Virus record (IMG/VR): IMGVR_UViG_3300025914_000010
Location: 1-64,000 of that record
Direction: 5' to 3' (one strand)
DNA length: 64,000 bases
Source of the DNA: a virus
In this document: positions 26,629-36,673 of the stretch, piece after piece
How the letters are laid out: each line of letters begins with the position of its first letter
Position numbering within the stretch: position 1 is the first letter of the stretch
The notes under the pieces: model-generated
Told to the model about the DNA's origin: nothing
The model's input: only the letters and a program-made list of their open reading frames with translations
The model's database searches: none
Position numbers and translations under genes: made by a program

Positions 26629-27255
26629 ATGTGTAAGAAGTTTACCTCAACCCAGAACCACAGTCGCACGTGCTTGAATTGTGCCCAACCACTCAAACGC
26701 GGCAGTATAAAATATTGCTCAAAAATCTGCCACGATGCTGCTCAAACAATCAATCCCGTTGTGAATTTCTGGAACCATGTAAGCAAATCCAACATGTGTT
26801 GGATTTGGACAGGTTCATTAACAAGACAAAACGGTTATGGCAATTTTGCGTACCGCACGAACGGAAAACGCACGTATTGCAATGCTCATCGGTATTCTTG
26901 GGAGATACATTTCGGGTGCGTGCCTGCTGGAGTGTGCGTTTTACATAGATGCGATAATCCGCAATGTGTAAATCCTGACCACCTGTTTCTTGGCACGCAT
27001 AGAGATAATTCGCAAGACATGGTTTCTAAAGGACGACAAGCGTTTGGTGACAGGCATGGCTCCCACATTCAACCTGAAACTGTTCAGCGTGGGGAAGATA
27101 ACGGCAACTCCAAACTTACGCCTGAAATTGTACTTGAAATTCGTCGCCTGTATTTGATCGAAAAAGTCAAATCACTGGTGATTGCCAACAAATTCAATAT
27201 CTCCCAAGTTACCGTGACAAATATTGCACATCGCCGATCTTGGCAACATGTTTAG
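26629..27255 (+). CDS. HNH homing endonuclease (HNH_3 type with C-terminal HTH)
   Basis: CWIWTG...GYG...AHRYSW...VLHRCDNPQCVNPDHLFLGTHRDNSQDMVSKGR; low GC; antisense to late operon. Confidence 0.92.
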   Translation: MCKKFTSTQNHSRTCLNCAQPLKRGSIKYCSKICHDAAQTINPVVNFWNHVSKSNMCWIWTGSLTRQNGYGNFAYRTNGKRTYCNAHRYSWEIHFGCVPAGVCVLHRCDNPQCVNPDHLFLGTHRDNSQDMVSKGRQAFGDRHGSHIQPETVQRGEDNGNSKLTPEIVLEIRRLYLIEKVKSLVIANKFNISQVTVTNIAHRRSWQHV

Positions 27256-27467
27256 TCTGTATCCGTAACCGGTGGGGGGCTGACAACCTCCGTTTTCGTC
27301 ACACTCTGCACGCTCTGAGGTTGCAGGCTCTCCTGTGGCACGAGCACACCGAGCAATACCAAAAGAAGGTGCTCTATGATCGGCGGTACGGGCTGCTTCG
27401 CTACACCGAGCGCGATTTCCGCAACGACGCAGAGGGCCATGATGATTACGAGCGGGTTGAACTTCAT
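27252..27467 (-). CDS. Holin-like two-TM protein
   Basis: Two hydrophobic segments; lysis region. Confidence 0.55.
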   Translation of the reverse strand: MKFNPLVIIMALCVVAEIALGVAKQPVPPIIEHLLLVLLGVLVPQESLQPQSVQSVTKTEVVSPPPVTDTD

Positions 27468-27742
27468 GGCGCGGCCGGCTCCTGCCCGGTTTGCGGAGGG
27501 TCCGGCGTCGTGGTCGGCAGTACCGGCGATTGCGGGACGAGCGGCAGAGGTGCGCCAATTGCCGTAGTGTCTTGTCCGACATCCATTGGCTGATAGTTGC
27601 CGCTTGACGTGTAGGTGATCAGCGGCACGAACAGTCCCGCGAGATCGGAGTACAGTTCTCGCGCTTCGTCGATCGGCAACGTGATCGTCGTGCCGTCGCG
27701 GAGGGTTTTGGTGATGCTGATGTTGCTCATGCTATAATCCAC
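27464..27742 (-). CDS. Hypothetical protein
   Basis: Overlap chain. Confidence 0.5.
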   Translation of the reverse strand: MDYSMSNISITKTLRDGTTITLPIDEARELYSDLAGLFVPLITYTSSGNYQPMDVGQDTTAIGAPLPLVPQSPVLPTTTPDPPQTGQEPAAP

Positions 27743-27932
27743 CTATGGAAACAAACTTGGATGGTTGGCTAATCACCGACGCTATCGCCCACCTGCTAAA
27801 ACTCGCAGCCCCGCCTTCAGACTGCCCACAGAAGCCCGTAGAAGCCACGCACAGCGTCGATGCGGACGAGGGTGGGTATTGGGGCTTCTGTGACGTGTGC
27901 GGTCATACGTGGCAGTTTTGCGAGTGTCCTGA

Positions 27933-28232
27933 CTAGGGCTTGCCGTACTTAGCCTCAGCCGCCTGCATCATCGCTCTGGATTTCTGAAACGGATCTCCGC
28001 CGCCCTCGATGGTCTTCACGACATCCCCGCGTATCACGCCCGCCTCGTCCGCCGCCTCCGAGAGCCACTGCATCGCAATCGCCTTGAGCGTCGCCACTTC
28101 ATCGGGCTTGTCGTGGCCGACCGCGAAGACGAGCATTCGCGCGAAGTCGGCACTGTACTGCAAGCCGCGCTCCACACCCTTTTCTACTCCGGGGACGATG
28201 CCGCCGAGTAGGGAACCGAAATCGAATGCCAT
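27933..28232 (-). CDS. Hypothetical protein
   Basis: GGAGG RBS. Confidence 0.6.
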   Translation of the reverse strand: MAFDFGSLLGGIVPGVEKGVERGLQYSADFARMLVFAVGHDKPDEVATLKAIAMQWLSEAADEAGVIRGDVVKTIEGGGDPFQKSRAMMQAAEAKYGKP

Positions 28233-28234
28233 TG

Positions 28235-28408
28235 TTAGCCTCCCTTTCCGCCGAACACCGCGTACCCGAGAATACACAAATCAATGACAACCAACATGAA
28301 CGCCCCGTTGTGGTACAGCGGGCGGTTCGCCTCCGGTGCAAAGTTGACGCCGAGTGCTGCTAAAATCAAGAGCAGTGTAGAAACGATAAAGACGACTGTC
28401 AGTAACAT
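28235..28408 (-). CDS. 57-aa two-TM holin-like protein (missing from ORF track)
   Basis: MLLTVVFIVSTLLLILAALGVNFAPEANRPLYHNGAFMLVVIDLCILGYAVFGGKGG; AAGGAG RBS. Confidence 0.65.
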   Translation of the reverse strand: MLLTVVFIVSTLLLILAALGVNFAPEANRPLYHNGAFMLVVIDLCILGYAVFGGKGG

Positions 28409-28426
28409 CTCGATTACTCCTTCCTC

Positions 28427-28918
28427 CTACCCAATCACATCGCTCTCCGGGTGCAGCAAATTCATCTGCCGCCGCAGGCTCTCGCACTCTCCAGCCAACC
28501 TGCGGTTCTCGTTGCGTAGGTTGGCGAACTCGGTGTCCCGGTCTTTCATCGCGGCGCGCAGGTCGGCGTTCTCGGTCATCAGCCGCGCGTTCTGTTCCTG
28601 TACGGCGACAATCTCCCGCCGCGCCGCCAGCGTCTCGTTGCGCGACGTGTTTAACTCCGATTCGATGCCGCGAAACTTCTGGCTGAATTCTGCTTCCATG
28701 CTGCGCATCGTGTTTTCAACCGTGTCGAACCGCTCAACCGCCTTCAGTTCGCGATCCTGCGCGAGCCGCTTGTCGGTGTCCTTGCTTTCGAGTATCTTGC
28801 TGAGAAGCGAATAGCGGCTTGTCACGAACGCGGCGATGACTGCGCCGGAAACGGTGACGATCGCGAGGAACGCCGCAAAAAACGTGGGGAAGTTCCAGCC
28901 GGGAGTAAAGGTGGGCAT
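28427..28918 (-). CDS. Membrane-anchored coiled-coil protein (lysis module)
   Basis: N-terminal TM followed by a long coiled coil. Confidence 0.65.
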   Translation of the reverse strand: MPTFTPGWNFPTFFAAFLAIVTVSGAVIAAFVTSRYSLLSKILESKDTDKRLAQDRELKAVERFDTVENTMRSMEAEFSQKFRGIESELNTSRNETLAARREIVAVQEQNARLMTENADLRAAMKDRDTEFANLRNENRRLAGECESLRRQMNLLHPESDVIG

Positions 28919-29024
28919 AGGCTGTTTTCCTCGTAAGGTCAGGGTGCCATCCATAGCCGTAAATCTCCGTCCTGAGAAATCTAATGGCAGGGATAGATGC
29001 GCCGGGCAGGTGGAAAACTCGTTG

Positions 29025-29366
29025 TCAGTCCTTAATCAGAACGCCGACCGTCGGCGTCTCAGTGTCGTCGTCCCAGTGCGCCTTAAATTTCAGGTAGTAC
29101 CATTGGCCGGAAATCAACCCGAGCGTGGTTGGGTCGAAGTCCTCGAAACTCACGTACCACGTCGTATCAGCCGCCGTCGTGCCCGCCTGATTGACAAACC
29201 CGCCGGTTGCATCCGTGATCGGCGGCGTCCCAGCAGGCGCGTTGCTGCCGTCCACGAGCGAGCAGGTGACGGCGGTGATGGTGGTCGCCTCTCGGAACGT
29301 GATCGTCGCCGCCACGTCTTTGACGCTGCCCTGCCGTCGCGTGATGAGACTGTCTGCTTGGATCAT
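29025..29366 (-). CDS. Putative tail accessory protein
   Basis: Beta-rich; coupled to the upstream gene. Confidence 0.6.
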   Translation of the reverse strand: MIQADSLITRRQGSVKDVAATITFREATTITAVTCSLVDGSNAPAGTPPITDATGGFVNQAGTTAADTTWYVSFEDFDPTTLGLISGQWYYLKFKAHWDDDTETPTVGVLIKD

Positions 29367-30700
29367 TCGGCACTCCCGTACACTGGTTCGGCTGGTCCTG
29401 CGCTGTAGACGGCATCGGCGGGGCCGTCGCTGTACTTGGCGGGGTTGTACGGCGGTGTGGCAACCAGCCGAACGTTCTTCCGTAGCAACGCCAGCGCTGC
29501 CGCGCCTGCCGCGTTTAGGTGAACGCCGTCGCCGCTGTTGTACGCGCTCAAAAGATCATCGTTCTGCCCGGTCGATGTTCGGTTCTGTCCAAACGCCGAC
29601 CAGCAGGACACCACTCGCACGTTACTCTTGCCACTCGCCCATGACGCCAGCGCAGTATTCCACGAGCGAACCGCCGCTGCCTGAGTATCGTTGAAGTTGC
29701 TGTCCGGTAGCACCTCATCAATGAAGATCGGATTGACCGTGCCCCACAGCGTCCGGATGCTGTCGAGGTCCGCCTGGATCGCCGCGTTCGATCGTCCGCC
29801 CGCGATGTCATTCACCACGCAGTGTATCCAAAGCTCGGTTGCGCCGCAGGCAACGGAACCGTGCATTCCAGTTCCACTCAGGATCGCAGGGACGCCCGTC
29901 GAGAGTACCCATGCGAGGGTTTGCGACCCATTCGCAAAATCCTGGTAGTTCCACGAGCCGCCGATCAGCGGCTTCATGTTGTAGCCAAGTTCGCAAAGAG
30001 GCGCACCGTCTGAGCCGACGGCCGGACCGGTTCCATCGAAGTAGGAAGTGAATGTTCCTCCGTGACCAACCTCGATCGAATCGCCGGTCATTGCGGCGGT
30101 CGGCTGCGCTCCGAAGAATTCCAGATCGAGCGCAAAATTGGCGACCGTGTTGGGGAAGTTTACATTCGTGCCGCCCGGACTGCCCGCCACCCAGGGTATG
30201 TTGTTCCCCGAGGAGGCAGCGACCGAGATATCTGTAAAGGCAGCCCCGCCGCCATCAATGTCGACCCACACCCCGCACACGTCGCCCACTCGAACGCCGG
30301 TAATTGGCGTCGTAAGCGTGCGAGTCTGATTGCTGCCTGTAATTGGCGTGAAGGCTTCTGAAGCGCCCACGAAGTCGTAATTCGATCCGTTGACACGATA
30401 AACAACGAATTGCATTCCGTTGGTTGTGCCCGCAGTGACGCACCGATACGAGACGGCAGTAATGCTCCCAGCCTGAAGCATCCGATCCGTGACAATCCCG
30501 TCGAGGAAGACTCTCCCTCCGGCTCCGCCCGCCAACTGACTGCTGTTTACGAAATTACCGGAGCCGAAACCGCCCCATGAAGCGTTACTCATAGATGTAT
30601 GTGTTATCCGAATCCTGAGATTTGCTGGTTTGAGACTCGCAGTTGGATGAGCGCAACTAGCAAGAGAAAAAGCGAGCAGTATAGCGAGCACGTATCGCAT
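29363..30700 (-). CDS. SGNH/GDSL hydrolase with lipoprotein-type signal peptide
   Basis: GDSI block I, VND block III, DGVH block V; MRYVLAILLAFSLASC lipobox; GGAGG RBS. Confidence 0.8.
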   Translation of the reverse strand: MRYVLAILLAFSLASCAHPTASLKPANLRIRITHTSMSNASWGGFGSGNFVNSSQLAGGAGGRVFLDGIVTDRMLQAGSITAVSYRCVTAGTTNGMQFVVYRVNGSNYDFVGASEAFTPITGSNQTRTLTTPITGVRVGDVCGVWVDIDGGGAAFTDISVAASSGNNIPWVAGSPGGTNVNFPNTVANFALDLEFFGAQPTAAMTGDSIEVGHGGTFTSYFDGTGPAVGSDGAPLCELGYNMKPLIGGSWNYQDFANGSQTLAWVLSTGVPAILSGTGMHGSVACGATELWIHCVVNDIAGGRSNAAIQADLDSIRTLWGTVNPIFIDEVLPDSNFNDTQAAAVRSWNTALASWASGKSNVRVVSCWSAFGQNRTSTGQNDDLLSAYNSGDGVHLNAAGAAALALLRKNVRLVATPPYNPAKYSDGPADAVYSAGPAEPVYGSAE

Positions 30701-30907
30701 GTGTCAACACCTCCGATGAGATGTTCGGCACAATTTATGCCTAGCCCTAATCAACAGGAAGCAGTAGCCCCGCCACCCTCCTCCTCGCCCTCTGGCACGC
30801 CCTCCACCTGCCGGGCGAGGACGCGGTCGCCAACGTCGTCGGGGGCGTGCTGCTGACGGTCGGGTTTGCGTGTTACCGGCCGTGGCGGGGGCCGAGGGGA
30901 TGGTGAC

Positions 30908-30938
30908 AAACAAAAAGAGCCGGGATCGCTCCCAACTC
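30908..30938 (-). terminator. Intrinsic terminator after tail genes
   Basis: GAGTTGGGA-GCGA-TCCCGGCTC-TTTTTGTTT. Confidence 0.7.
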
Positions 30939-30993
30939 AAGAAACGCTCAATACTTTCCTGCACAATCACCAGGCGAGCGGTATCTACCCTCT

Positions 30994-31179
30994 ATGCCCA
31001 ACTGCGTGACCGCCATCATCCTGCTGCTCATCGCCGCCGCGCTTATCATCTCCGACCTGCGCGACCGATGGCGTCTGCGCCGGCAGCTCCGGCAGCAGGA
31101 GCGCGAGTGGGCCGAGCAGGATCACCGCGCGCTGGTGAGAGCCAGCGAGGATGAGGACGGCCTGCTGAGGCCCAAGTAG
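30994..31179 (+). CDS. Small membrane protein (antisense moron)
   Basis: N-terminal TM; convergent with tail gene. Confidence 0.45.
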   Translation: MPNCVTAIILLLIAAALIISDLRDRWRLRRQLRQQEREWAEQDHRALVRASEDEDGLLRPK

Positions 31180-31815
31180 CTATCCCACGCTGCCGTAAGC
31201 CCGTGTCGGCCCGAGCTGCAGCTGCGTCAGCTGCAAGACCGGCGTATTCCCGATCCACGCATCAAAACCGTCCGTCCGGGCCGTATCATCCCTCAATTTG
31301 TCGAACCAGCACACACTGTCCAGCCGGTCCAGGTTGTTGAACAGGTCCACCCACACCGTTCCCGCCACGATAGGGCTGACATTGACGGTGATCGTTACCC
31401 AACCTGCCCCGCTCGCCGCCGTGCCGGTCACATCAGCCCGAATGCCAGCATCCCCATTGGCGCGAACGACCATCGTAGGCCGAGGACTGAGGTTGAGCGG
31501 CTGGTACACGTCCACCGAGAGAGTTCGCGCTCCGGCAGCGAAGGTCCATGCGATCCGGCAGACGCCGCGTAACTGCATCTTCATCGATGGCGCAACGGGA
31601 CTGCCTACCGTTGCGTCCCGCGAGACCACGCAGATCGGTCGTCCGTCGCAGCCTGCCGCACCCCGGAACATGCCCGGAGAAGAGATCGTCGCCCCAGGCT
31701 GCGCATAGGAGTACCTGCCCGTCGCATGTCCGCCCTGGCGGTAAGTCCATGATTGCGAAAGACCCCCAGGATACGCCTGCCCGGAATGTTTTGCGATCGC
31801 GCCTAAATCTGTCAT
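31180..31815 (-). CDS. Putative virion/tail protein
   Basis: Position and composition. Confidence 0.6.
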   Translation of the reverse strand: MTDLGAIAKHSGQAYPGGLSQSWTYRQGGHATGRYSYAQPGATISSPGMFRGAAGCDGRPICVVSRDATVGSPVAPSMKMQLRGVCRIAWTFAAGARTLSVDVYQPLNLSPRPTMVVRANGDAGIRADVTGTAASGAGWVTITVNVSPIVAGTVWVDLFNNLDRLDSVCWFDKLRDDTARTDGFDAWIGNTPVLQLTQLQLGPTRAYGSVG

Positions 31816-31816
31816 C

Positions 31817-33169
31817 TTACGAACTCGTCAGCCAGGTGTTCGAGGTCTCTATGGCCATCCACCCGGGGCTGGAGCTTCCGCCAACGCCGCTGATAACCAT
31901 AAAAGAGCGCGACACCCCGTCCACAACCCCGCTAAAGGTAGTCCCGTCTGGGACCGACGCAACATACGTGAACTGGCTGTGGCAGATCGCCCACACGCCT
32001 CTCAGGTAGGCACGGCGGCCCGCAGTCGGAGGCGTTGTGTTATCGTAGATGCAGAGCTTGCACACGTAAAGGCCGCCGTCGAGATTGTTCGGGTAAACCA
32101 TCGCGCCTGAGAAAGCCGAGCTGTTCATAGCAATGGAGTCTGCGGGCGTTTTGATTACCGGTACAGAGCCTCCTAGGCCCGTATACCCGCGATCCATATA
32201 ATGCCCGGAAGTTGTGGTCGTCATAGTAGTCGCAAGAACACCAAAACAGTCCGTGCTGGAGAGAATGACGGTGCTATTCTCTGTTGTCCGCCCAATAATT
32301 ATGTTGCGGTACGAGTCCCCATTCGCGACCGAGCACGCGTCTCCGAAATGGAAGTTTGTGGCGTTCCCCGCACTGTCACCGGAAAAGATCATGAGCGTGA
32401 ACGTTTTATCGTCCGCGATCACCCTCCAGACCCTCGTTGTGGAGGTCGCAGCGGCGCTCTTGCGCACGATAATGCCCGCGGCAAACTGCGCCGCCGTAGG
32501 ATAGGCCTGCGTGCCCGTCCCGACCGCGCTCATCGTCTCGTAGCCGCGAAGTCGAGCTTCCTGAGTCGTCGCAGCCCCGGGCCCGGTGTCGTCCACGTCC
32601 AGGTATTGCAGGATGCCGCCGCCCTGCTTATACGCCCGCTTGTTGCTCGCGGTGTATGCCTCCAGCCAGCCGAGCACGGTTATCGAAGCAGCCTGCGGGT
32701 TCGTCGTTGGATTGGCTGAAGCCCGCACGCGCACCCAGTATTGCGTCACCGAGTTGACGGCCTTCGTCGCCCAGTCGGAAGGAGCGGTCCAGGTCAAAGT
32801 GCCACTCGCCGTCAACCCAGAAGTTCCATCGGAAACCGTCAGCGTCGTCCAGGCCGAGCCGTTCCAATACTCCCAGACGATGGTTCCGCCCACGCCCAGC
32901 GTGTTCAGATTGATCGTCACCTGCGAGAACTTATTGGTCATGCCAATGTAAGTTCGATCGCCGCTTGCTGGCGTTGGAAACAGCTTGAACTGCGTTCCGC
33001 CGTCGAGCCTGGCTTCCGTTGTGTTGTCCGTGAAGCTGACATCGTCCGCCGTCGAGAAGACAGAGTTAACGACCAGGCACGAGCTGAGCACGTTGATCAG
33101 CGCCCCGGCAAGGCCGGTCATCGATTGAGCGCCGCTGTCGGTCGACTGAAACAGGATGGGTGCTGCCAT
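31817..33169 (-). CDS. Putative tail fibre/virion protein
   Basis: STDSGA..TG.AGALINVL..CLV N-terminus typical of tail-associated proteins; Thr/Gly-rich. Confidence 0.7.
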   Translation of the reverse strand: MAAPILFQSTDSGAQSMTGLAGALINVLSSCLVVNSVFSTADDVSFTDNTTEARLDGGTQFKLFPTPASGDRTYIGMTNKFSQVTINLNTLGVGGTIVWEYWNGSAWTTLTVSDGTSGLTASGTLTWTAPSDWATKAVNSVTQYWVRVRASANPTTNPQAASITVLGWLEAYTASNKRAYKQGGGILQYLDVDDTGPGAATTQEARLRGYETMSAVGTGTQAYPTAAQFAAGIIVRKSAAATSTTRVWRVIADDKTFTLMIFSGDSAGNATNFHFGDACSVANGDSYRNIIIGRTTENSTVILSSTDCFGVLATTMTTTTSGHYMDRGYTGLGGSVPVIKTPADSIAMNSSAFSGAMVYPNNLDGGLYVCKLCIYDNTTPPTAGRRAYLRGVWAICHSQFTYVASVPDGTTFSGVVDGVSRSFMVISGVGGSSSPGWMAIETSNTWLTSS

Positions 33170-33176
33170 CTCTCTC

Positions 33177-34520
33177 CTAGCTCTTTAGCATATCAAGCTG
33201 TACTTCAACCCGAGTCGCAGCCGCGCAAGCCGGTAGGTTGAACTCGATCCAATCGCCCGCGCTCACGCTCGTCGTCCAGCCTGTCAGCGTGGTGAAAGCG
33301 CCCTTGGTGGAAGCGCTCACGTTCGGCGGCGCGCTCGCGCTGATCTTGTCACCGCTGCCTGGATGCGTTGCTCCACCATCATATTGGCTTTGAGTGCACT
33401 TCCTGATCTCAATCGAGATCGTGTCCGCAGCGTCTGCCCCTACGACCCAACCGGTGATTGTCCCGGCATAATTGCACCGGATAAAAAAGCGCGTCGCCGC
33501 GCACGCAGAACCGCCGCCGTCGAAGACGGCCATAACACAGCCAATCGCCTGATTCGCAGTCGCGCCGCCGAGTGGAAACGATGTGAAATTGATCGCGTCC
33601 GTCCCGATGACCGGCGTATCGGTGGTGCAGCTCCACGCTTTCCCCGCGTTGCTGGTGCCCGAGACCACGAAGATCAGCCGCTTGCTGAACTCGTTGTCAT
33701 ACTGCATGTCCTGAGCGCGGGTCAGCACGAAAGTGTGCGAGCCATCGCCCACCGTGGTCATCACGTACAGGCCGTTTTGTGCCGGAGCCGCCTGGTCTTT
33801 CACCAGGATCCTGCCGCGAATACCCATCGTCACGCCGTCGATCACCAGCGCGCCGTTGCTCGCGGCCGTCAGCGTGGCGCCCACGCCTGAGCTGCCATTG
33901 CTGTAGGTGCAGCTCGGCAGCGCGGCGGTCGTCGCCACTCCCGCGGTGGTAGCCATCAGGCCGGTCGCGTTATTGTTCAGGATCGCGAGCGTCACGGCAT
34001 CCTGCAGGGAGGCCGGGTCCGCCAGGTTCGTCAGCTTGTGCGATCCTAGCGACTGGTCGCCAGTGAACGGCTTCGTGCCGTCCTGGTGAATAAACGCGTC
34101 CGGCAGCGTCGCCAGCAGTTGAGACGGCGACCTGCTCCCCCACACGCCGCTCACGCTCTGGATAACGTTGTTGTGCATCGCGGACAGGCTGCTGATCGTG
34201 TCGAGCGCGCCGCTGTAGTTCGGAGCGTAGTAATCGACGCCGCGAACCGCGATCGAAACCGATGCGACCCCGCCGCTCACATCCTGCCGAAGAATGCCGC
34301 TCGTCAATGCACCCAGGTTGACTTCGTTCGTCAGGCCCGCTTCGGCTTGCGTCGTCACAAACCGCGCCGTCGAAGGTGCGCCGCCTGCTGATCCACCTCC
34401 GCTGCTGGCAGTTTCCCAGTCGGCGTTGAAGTCGGCGGCGTCGATTTTCGTCACGACCTGGCCCGCAAGCCCGCTCGGAGGGAGACCGCCTTGCTTTGGT
34501 GCGACTTTGGTGGTTGACAT
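33177..34520 (-). CDS. Tail fibre-like protein
   Basis: GQVVTK..DFNADW; LTNLADP..DAVT; GRILVKDQ..QNGLY. Confidence 0.75.
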   Translation of the reverse strand: MSTTKVAPKQGGLPPSGLAGQVVTKIDAADFNADWETASSGGGSAGGAPSTARFVTTQAEAGLTNEVNLGALTSGILRQDVSGGVASVSIAVRGVDYYAPNYSGALDTISSLSAMHNNVIQSVSGVWGSRSPSQLLATLPDAFIHQDGTKPFTGDQSLGSHKLTNLADPASLQDAVTLAILNNNATGLMATTAGVATTAALPSCTYSNGSSGVGATLTAASNGALVIDGVTMGIRGRILVKDQAAPAQNGLYVMTTVGDGSHTFVLTRAQDMQYDNEFSKRLIFVVSGTSNAGKAWSCTTDTPVIGTDAINFTSFPLGGATANQAIGCVMAVFDGGGSACAATRFFIRCNYAGTITGWVVGADAADTISIEIRKCTQSQYDGGATHPGSGDKISASAPPNVSASTKGAFTTLTGWTTSVSAGDWIEFNLPACAAATRVEVQLDMLKS

Positions 34521-34523
34521 CGT

Positions 34524-36293
34524 TTATGAAAGCGCGTGGAGCGCCGTCGTCTCCTCGGGCACGTACACCAGGCTGTCGCCGAGGGTCGGCGTGAGCGGGA
34601 ACAGACTGTCGAACGTCTTGGATTGCAGCGTTCCATCCGAAATCGCAATCCGCAGGAGCGAACTACGCGCAATGAGCACGTAGCCGTCGTTACCGATAAC
34701 CGGAGCCATTGCATGAGCGTTGCCTATCCGCTCACTGGTGTCGGTGTGTGTGTAAATCCAGTTCTCTGCGCCCGTCGCGGCGTCCAGGCAAACGCAGCAA
34801 TCATTGCTGCTCGTGCCGTTAATCGGCACCACAACCACGCCTGCGCCAACGCTCAATCCTTCGCTGAACTCCTGCTGCGCCATGTGCGTCTTGTAGTATT
34901 TCCAGACAAAGGAGCCGGTCGCAGCGTCCAGGCAGACGACGCAGTATCCCGGCGGATTGCTGCTGTCTCCAGCAGTCAGGAAGTAGAGATTGCCCCCTGA
35001 AATCGAAGGCGCGTATATTTCGTTACCAGAGAAGCCACCCGTCCACGACGAGCCGTCAGATGTCCATGTGACTGCTCCCGTCGCCGCATTGTGCTTGATA
35101 ACGGCCTGGTTAGAGCCGTTCATCACGAGATACACAGAACCTGAACTGTAGAGGAACCAGTTAAACTGATAGACGGTTTGCGGCCCATCCCATATCGCGC
35201 CGGGATCGCTGTCCCACGAGTGGTGAACGGTCCCGTTCGAAGCGTTGAGTGCGACGATCCAGCCGTTGCCGGTCGAGTTGTTGCTGATCGCACAATAGAT
35301 AAACCCGTCATCGCCAACACTCGCGGAAAGTGCGAGCACGGAGTCCGGTGATGGATCGTAATTCCAGAGCAAGTTTAGATCAAGATCATAAGCGTCTACC
35401 CCACCGTTGCTCGGGTTGTCCCGCACGATGATGATGGTGTTGCCAACCGTAGTCAGCGGCTGCGGGTTCAGGTTGAAAGACGATAGGTCTAGGATCGCCC
35501 GCTGCGTTCCGTCCGGGTTTATCGTCACCATGTTCAGGTTGTTGTCGAGGATCACCAGCGATCCGTTATCGGTCTGCACGGCGGGCGATCCGAAGCCCGC
35601 GCTCCCGTAAGACCAGCACTCAGTCCCAACGTCCGTCGCTGCGTCTCGGAAACTAGCCAGCGCCGCCGTTCCGCCGAACATAAACCATCCGCCGGTTGTA
35701 TCATCCGTACACCCGCCACCGCCGCCGCCGCCACCCCCGCCAGTTGTCTGCGCCACCGTGAGCCGCCCGTTCTTTTTGTAAGTGACGACCAGCTTGTCAG
35801 TCGCATCAGGCGCAACTACAAAGGTTATTGTCTCGCTCGAAATTGTGTAATCATCGCCGCCTGCCTGCTGCAGCAATCCATTCAGAAACACATGATCGGA
35901 GCCGGTCACCGGCACATACGTGAGCGTGAACACCTTATTCGAACTGTTCTTACTGCCGCTCGGTGCTTCTTTGAATATCCATCCGTCATCGACCGAGACG
36001 ACCTGCCCGGAGTTGCCTCCTCCGATCTGTCCACCGCCGCCGATGAACATGCTGTAGGCGCTGCTGCTCGTGCGCTCAATCGAAACGACATCGTTGAAAC
36101 TCGGCGGCGATTGCGGCGTAAACGGAACGTCGGTCATGTAGACCGGATTGCCGTTATTATCGACCATCCCGACATCGAGGATCGCCGTATTGGTCGTCGC
36201 GTTGACCGAAACGACGCGACCGCTCTGGATAGAACGGTCGCGTCGCGCTCGAAGCCCGTAATCCTCTGTGTTGCGAACTAAGTTTCCCGGCAT
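34524..36293 (-). CDS. Tail-tip protein with PQQ-like beta-propeller (candidate receptor-binding protein)
   Basis: Repeated (A/C)LDA.TG..W motifs; N-terminal GRVVSVN OB-like segment; VFLNGLLQ..DY module; poly-Gly linker. Confidence 0.7.
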   Translation of the reverse strand: MPGNLVRNTEDYGLRARRDRSIQSGRVVSVNATTNTAILDVGMVDNNGNPVYMTDVPFTPQSPPSFNDVVSIERTSSSAYSMFIGGGGQIGGGNSGQVVSVDDGWIFKEAPSGSKNSSNKVFTLTYVPVTGSDHVFLNGLLQQAGGDDYTISSETITFVVAPDATDKLVVTYKKNGRLTVAQTTGGGGGGGGGGCTDDTTGGWFMFGGTAALASFRDAATDVGTECWSYGSAGFGSPAVQTDNGSLVILDNNLNMVTINPDGTQRAILDLSSFNLNPQPLTTVGNTIIIVRDNPSNGGVDAYDLDLNLLWNYDPSPDSVLALSASVGDDGFIYCAISNNSTGNGWIVALNASNGTVHHSWDSDPGAIWDGPQTVYQFNWFLYSSGSVYLVMNGSNQAVIKHNAATGAVTWTSDGSSWTGGFSGNEIYAPSISGGNLYFLTAGDSSNPPGYCVVCLDAATGSFVWKYYKTHMAQQEFSEGLSVGAGVVVVPINGTSSNDCCVCLDAATGAENWIYTHTDTSERIGNAHAMAPVIGNDGYVLIARSSLLRIAISDGTLQSKTFDSLFPLTPTLGDSLVYVPEETTALHALS

Positions 36294-36355
36294 GGCTATA
36301 TATTTTCCTGCCCTATGTCGGGTACAATACTCATATCAGCGGAATAGGAGTATTT

Positions 36356-36673
36356 ATGCAAATCACAGAGTTCGTAGAGATGCTTTGTCGCGAAATCAAA
36401 AAGATCGGATCGCAGAAAAAAGCCGCTCAGGAGTGGGGCATTTCAACCCAATACCTGAACGACGTTATTCGGTATCGACGCGAGCCGGGCCGCAAGATAC
36501 TCGACGAATTCGGAATGTATAAATCTGTCACCTACGAGATGAAAAATATCTCTGGCGTCGGATTTGCGCATGAAACCTTGCCCGAACACATCAATCAGAA
36601 TTTCGAATATTCGCCAAGCACCGACCTTACACCTTACATCATCCGTGAAGATGCACTGGAGGATGAAGTATGA
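36356..36673 (+). CDS. HTH protein coupled to an HNH endonuclease
   Basis: SQKKAAQEWGISTQYLNDVIRYRREPG. Confidence 0.75.
   Translation: MQITEFVEMLCREIKKIGSQKKAAQEWGISTQYLNDVIRYRREPGRKILDEFGMYKSVTYEMKNISGVGFAHETLPEHINQNFEYSPSTDLTPYIIREDALEDEV

Noticed and set aside
31180-36293. Diversity-generating retroelement targeting tail fibres
   Set aside because: No reverse transcriptase in the window and no TR/VR pair noticed
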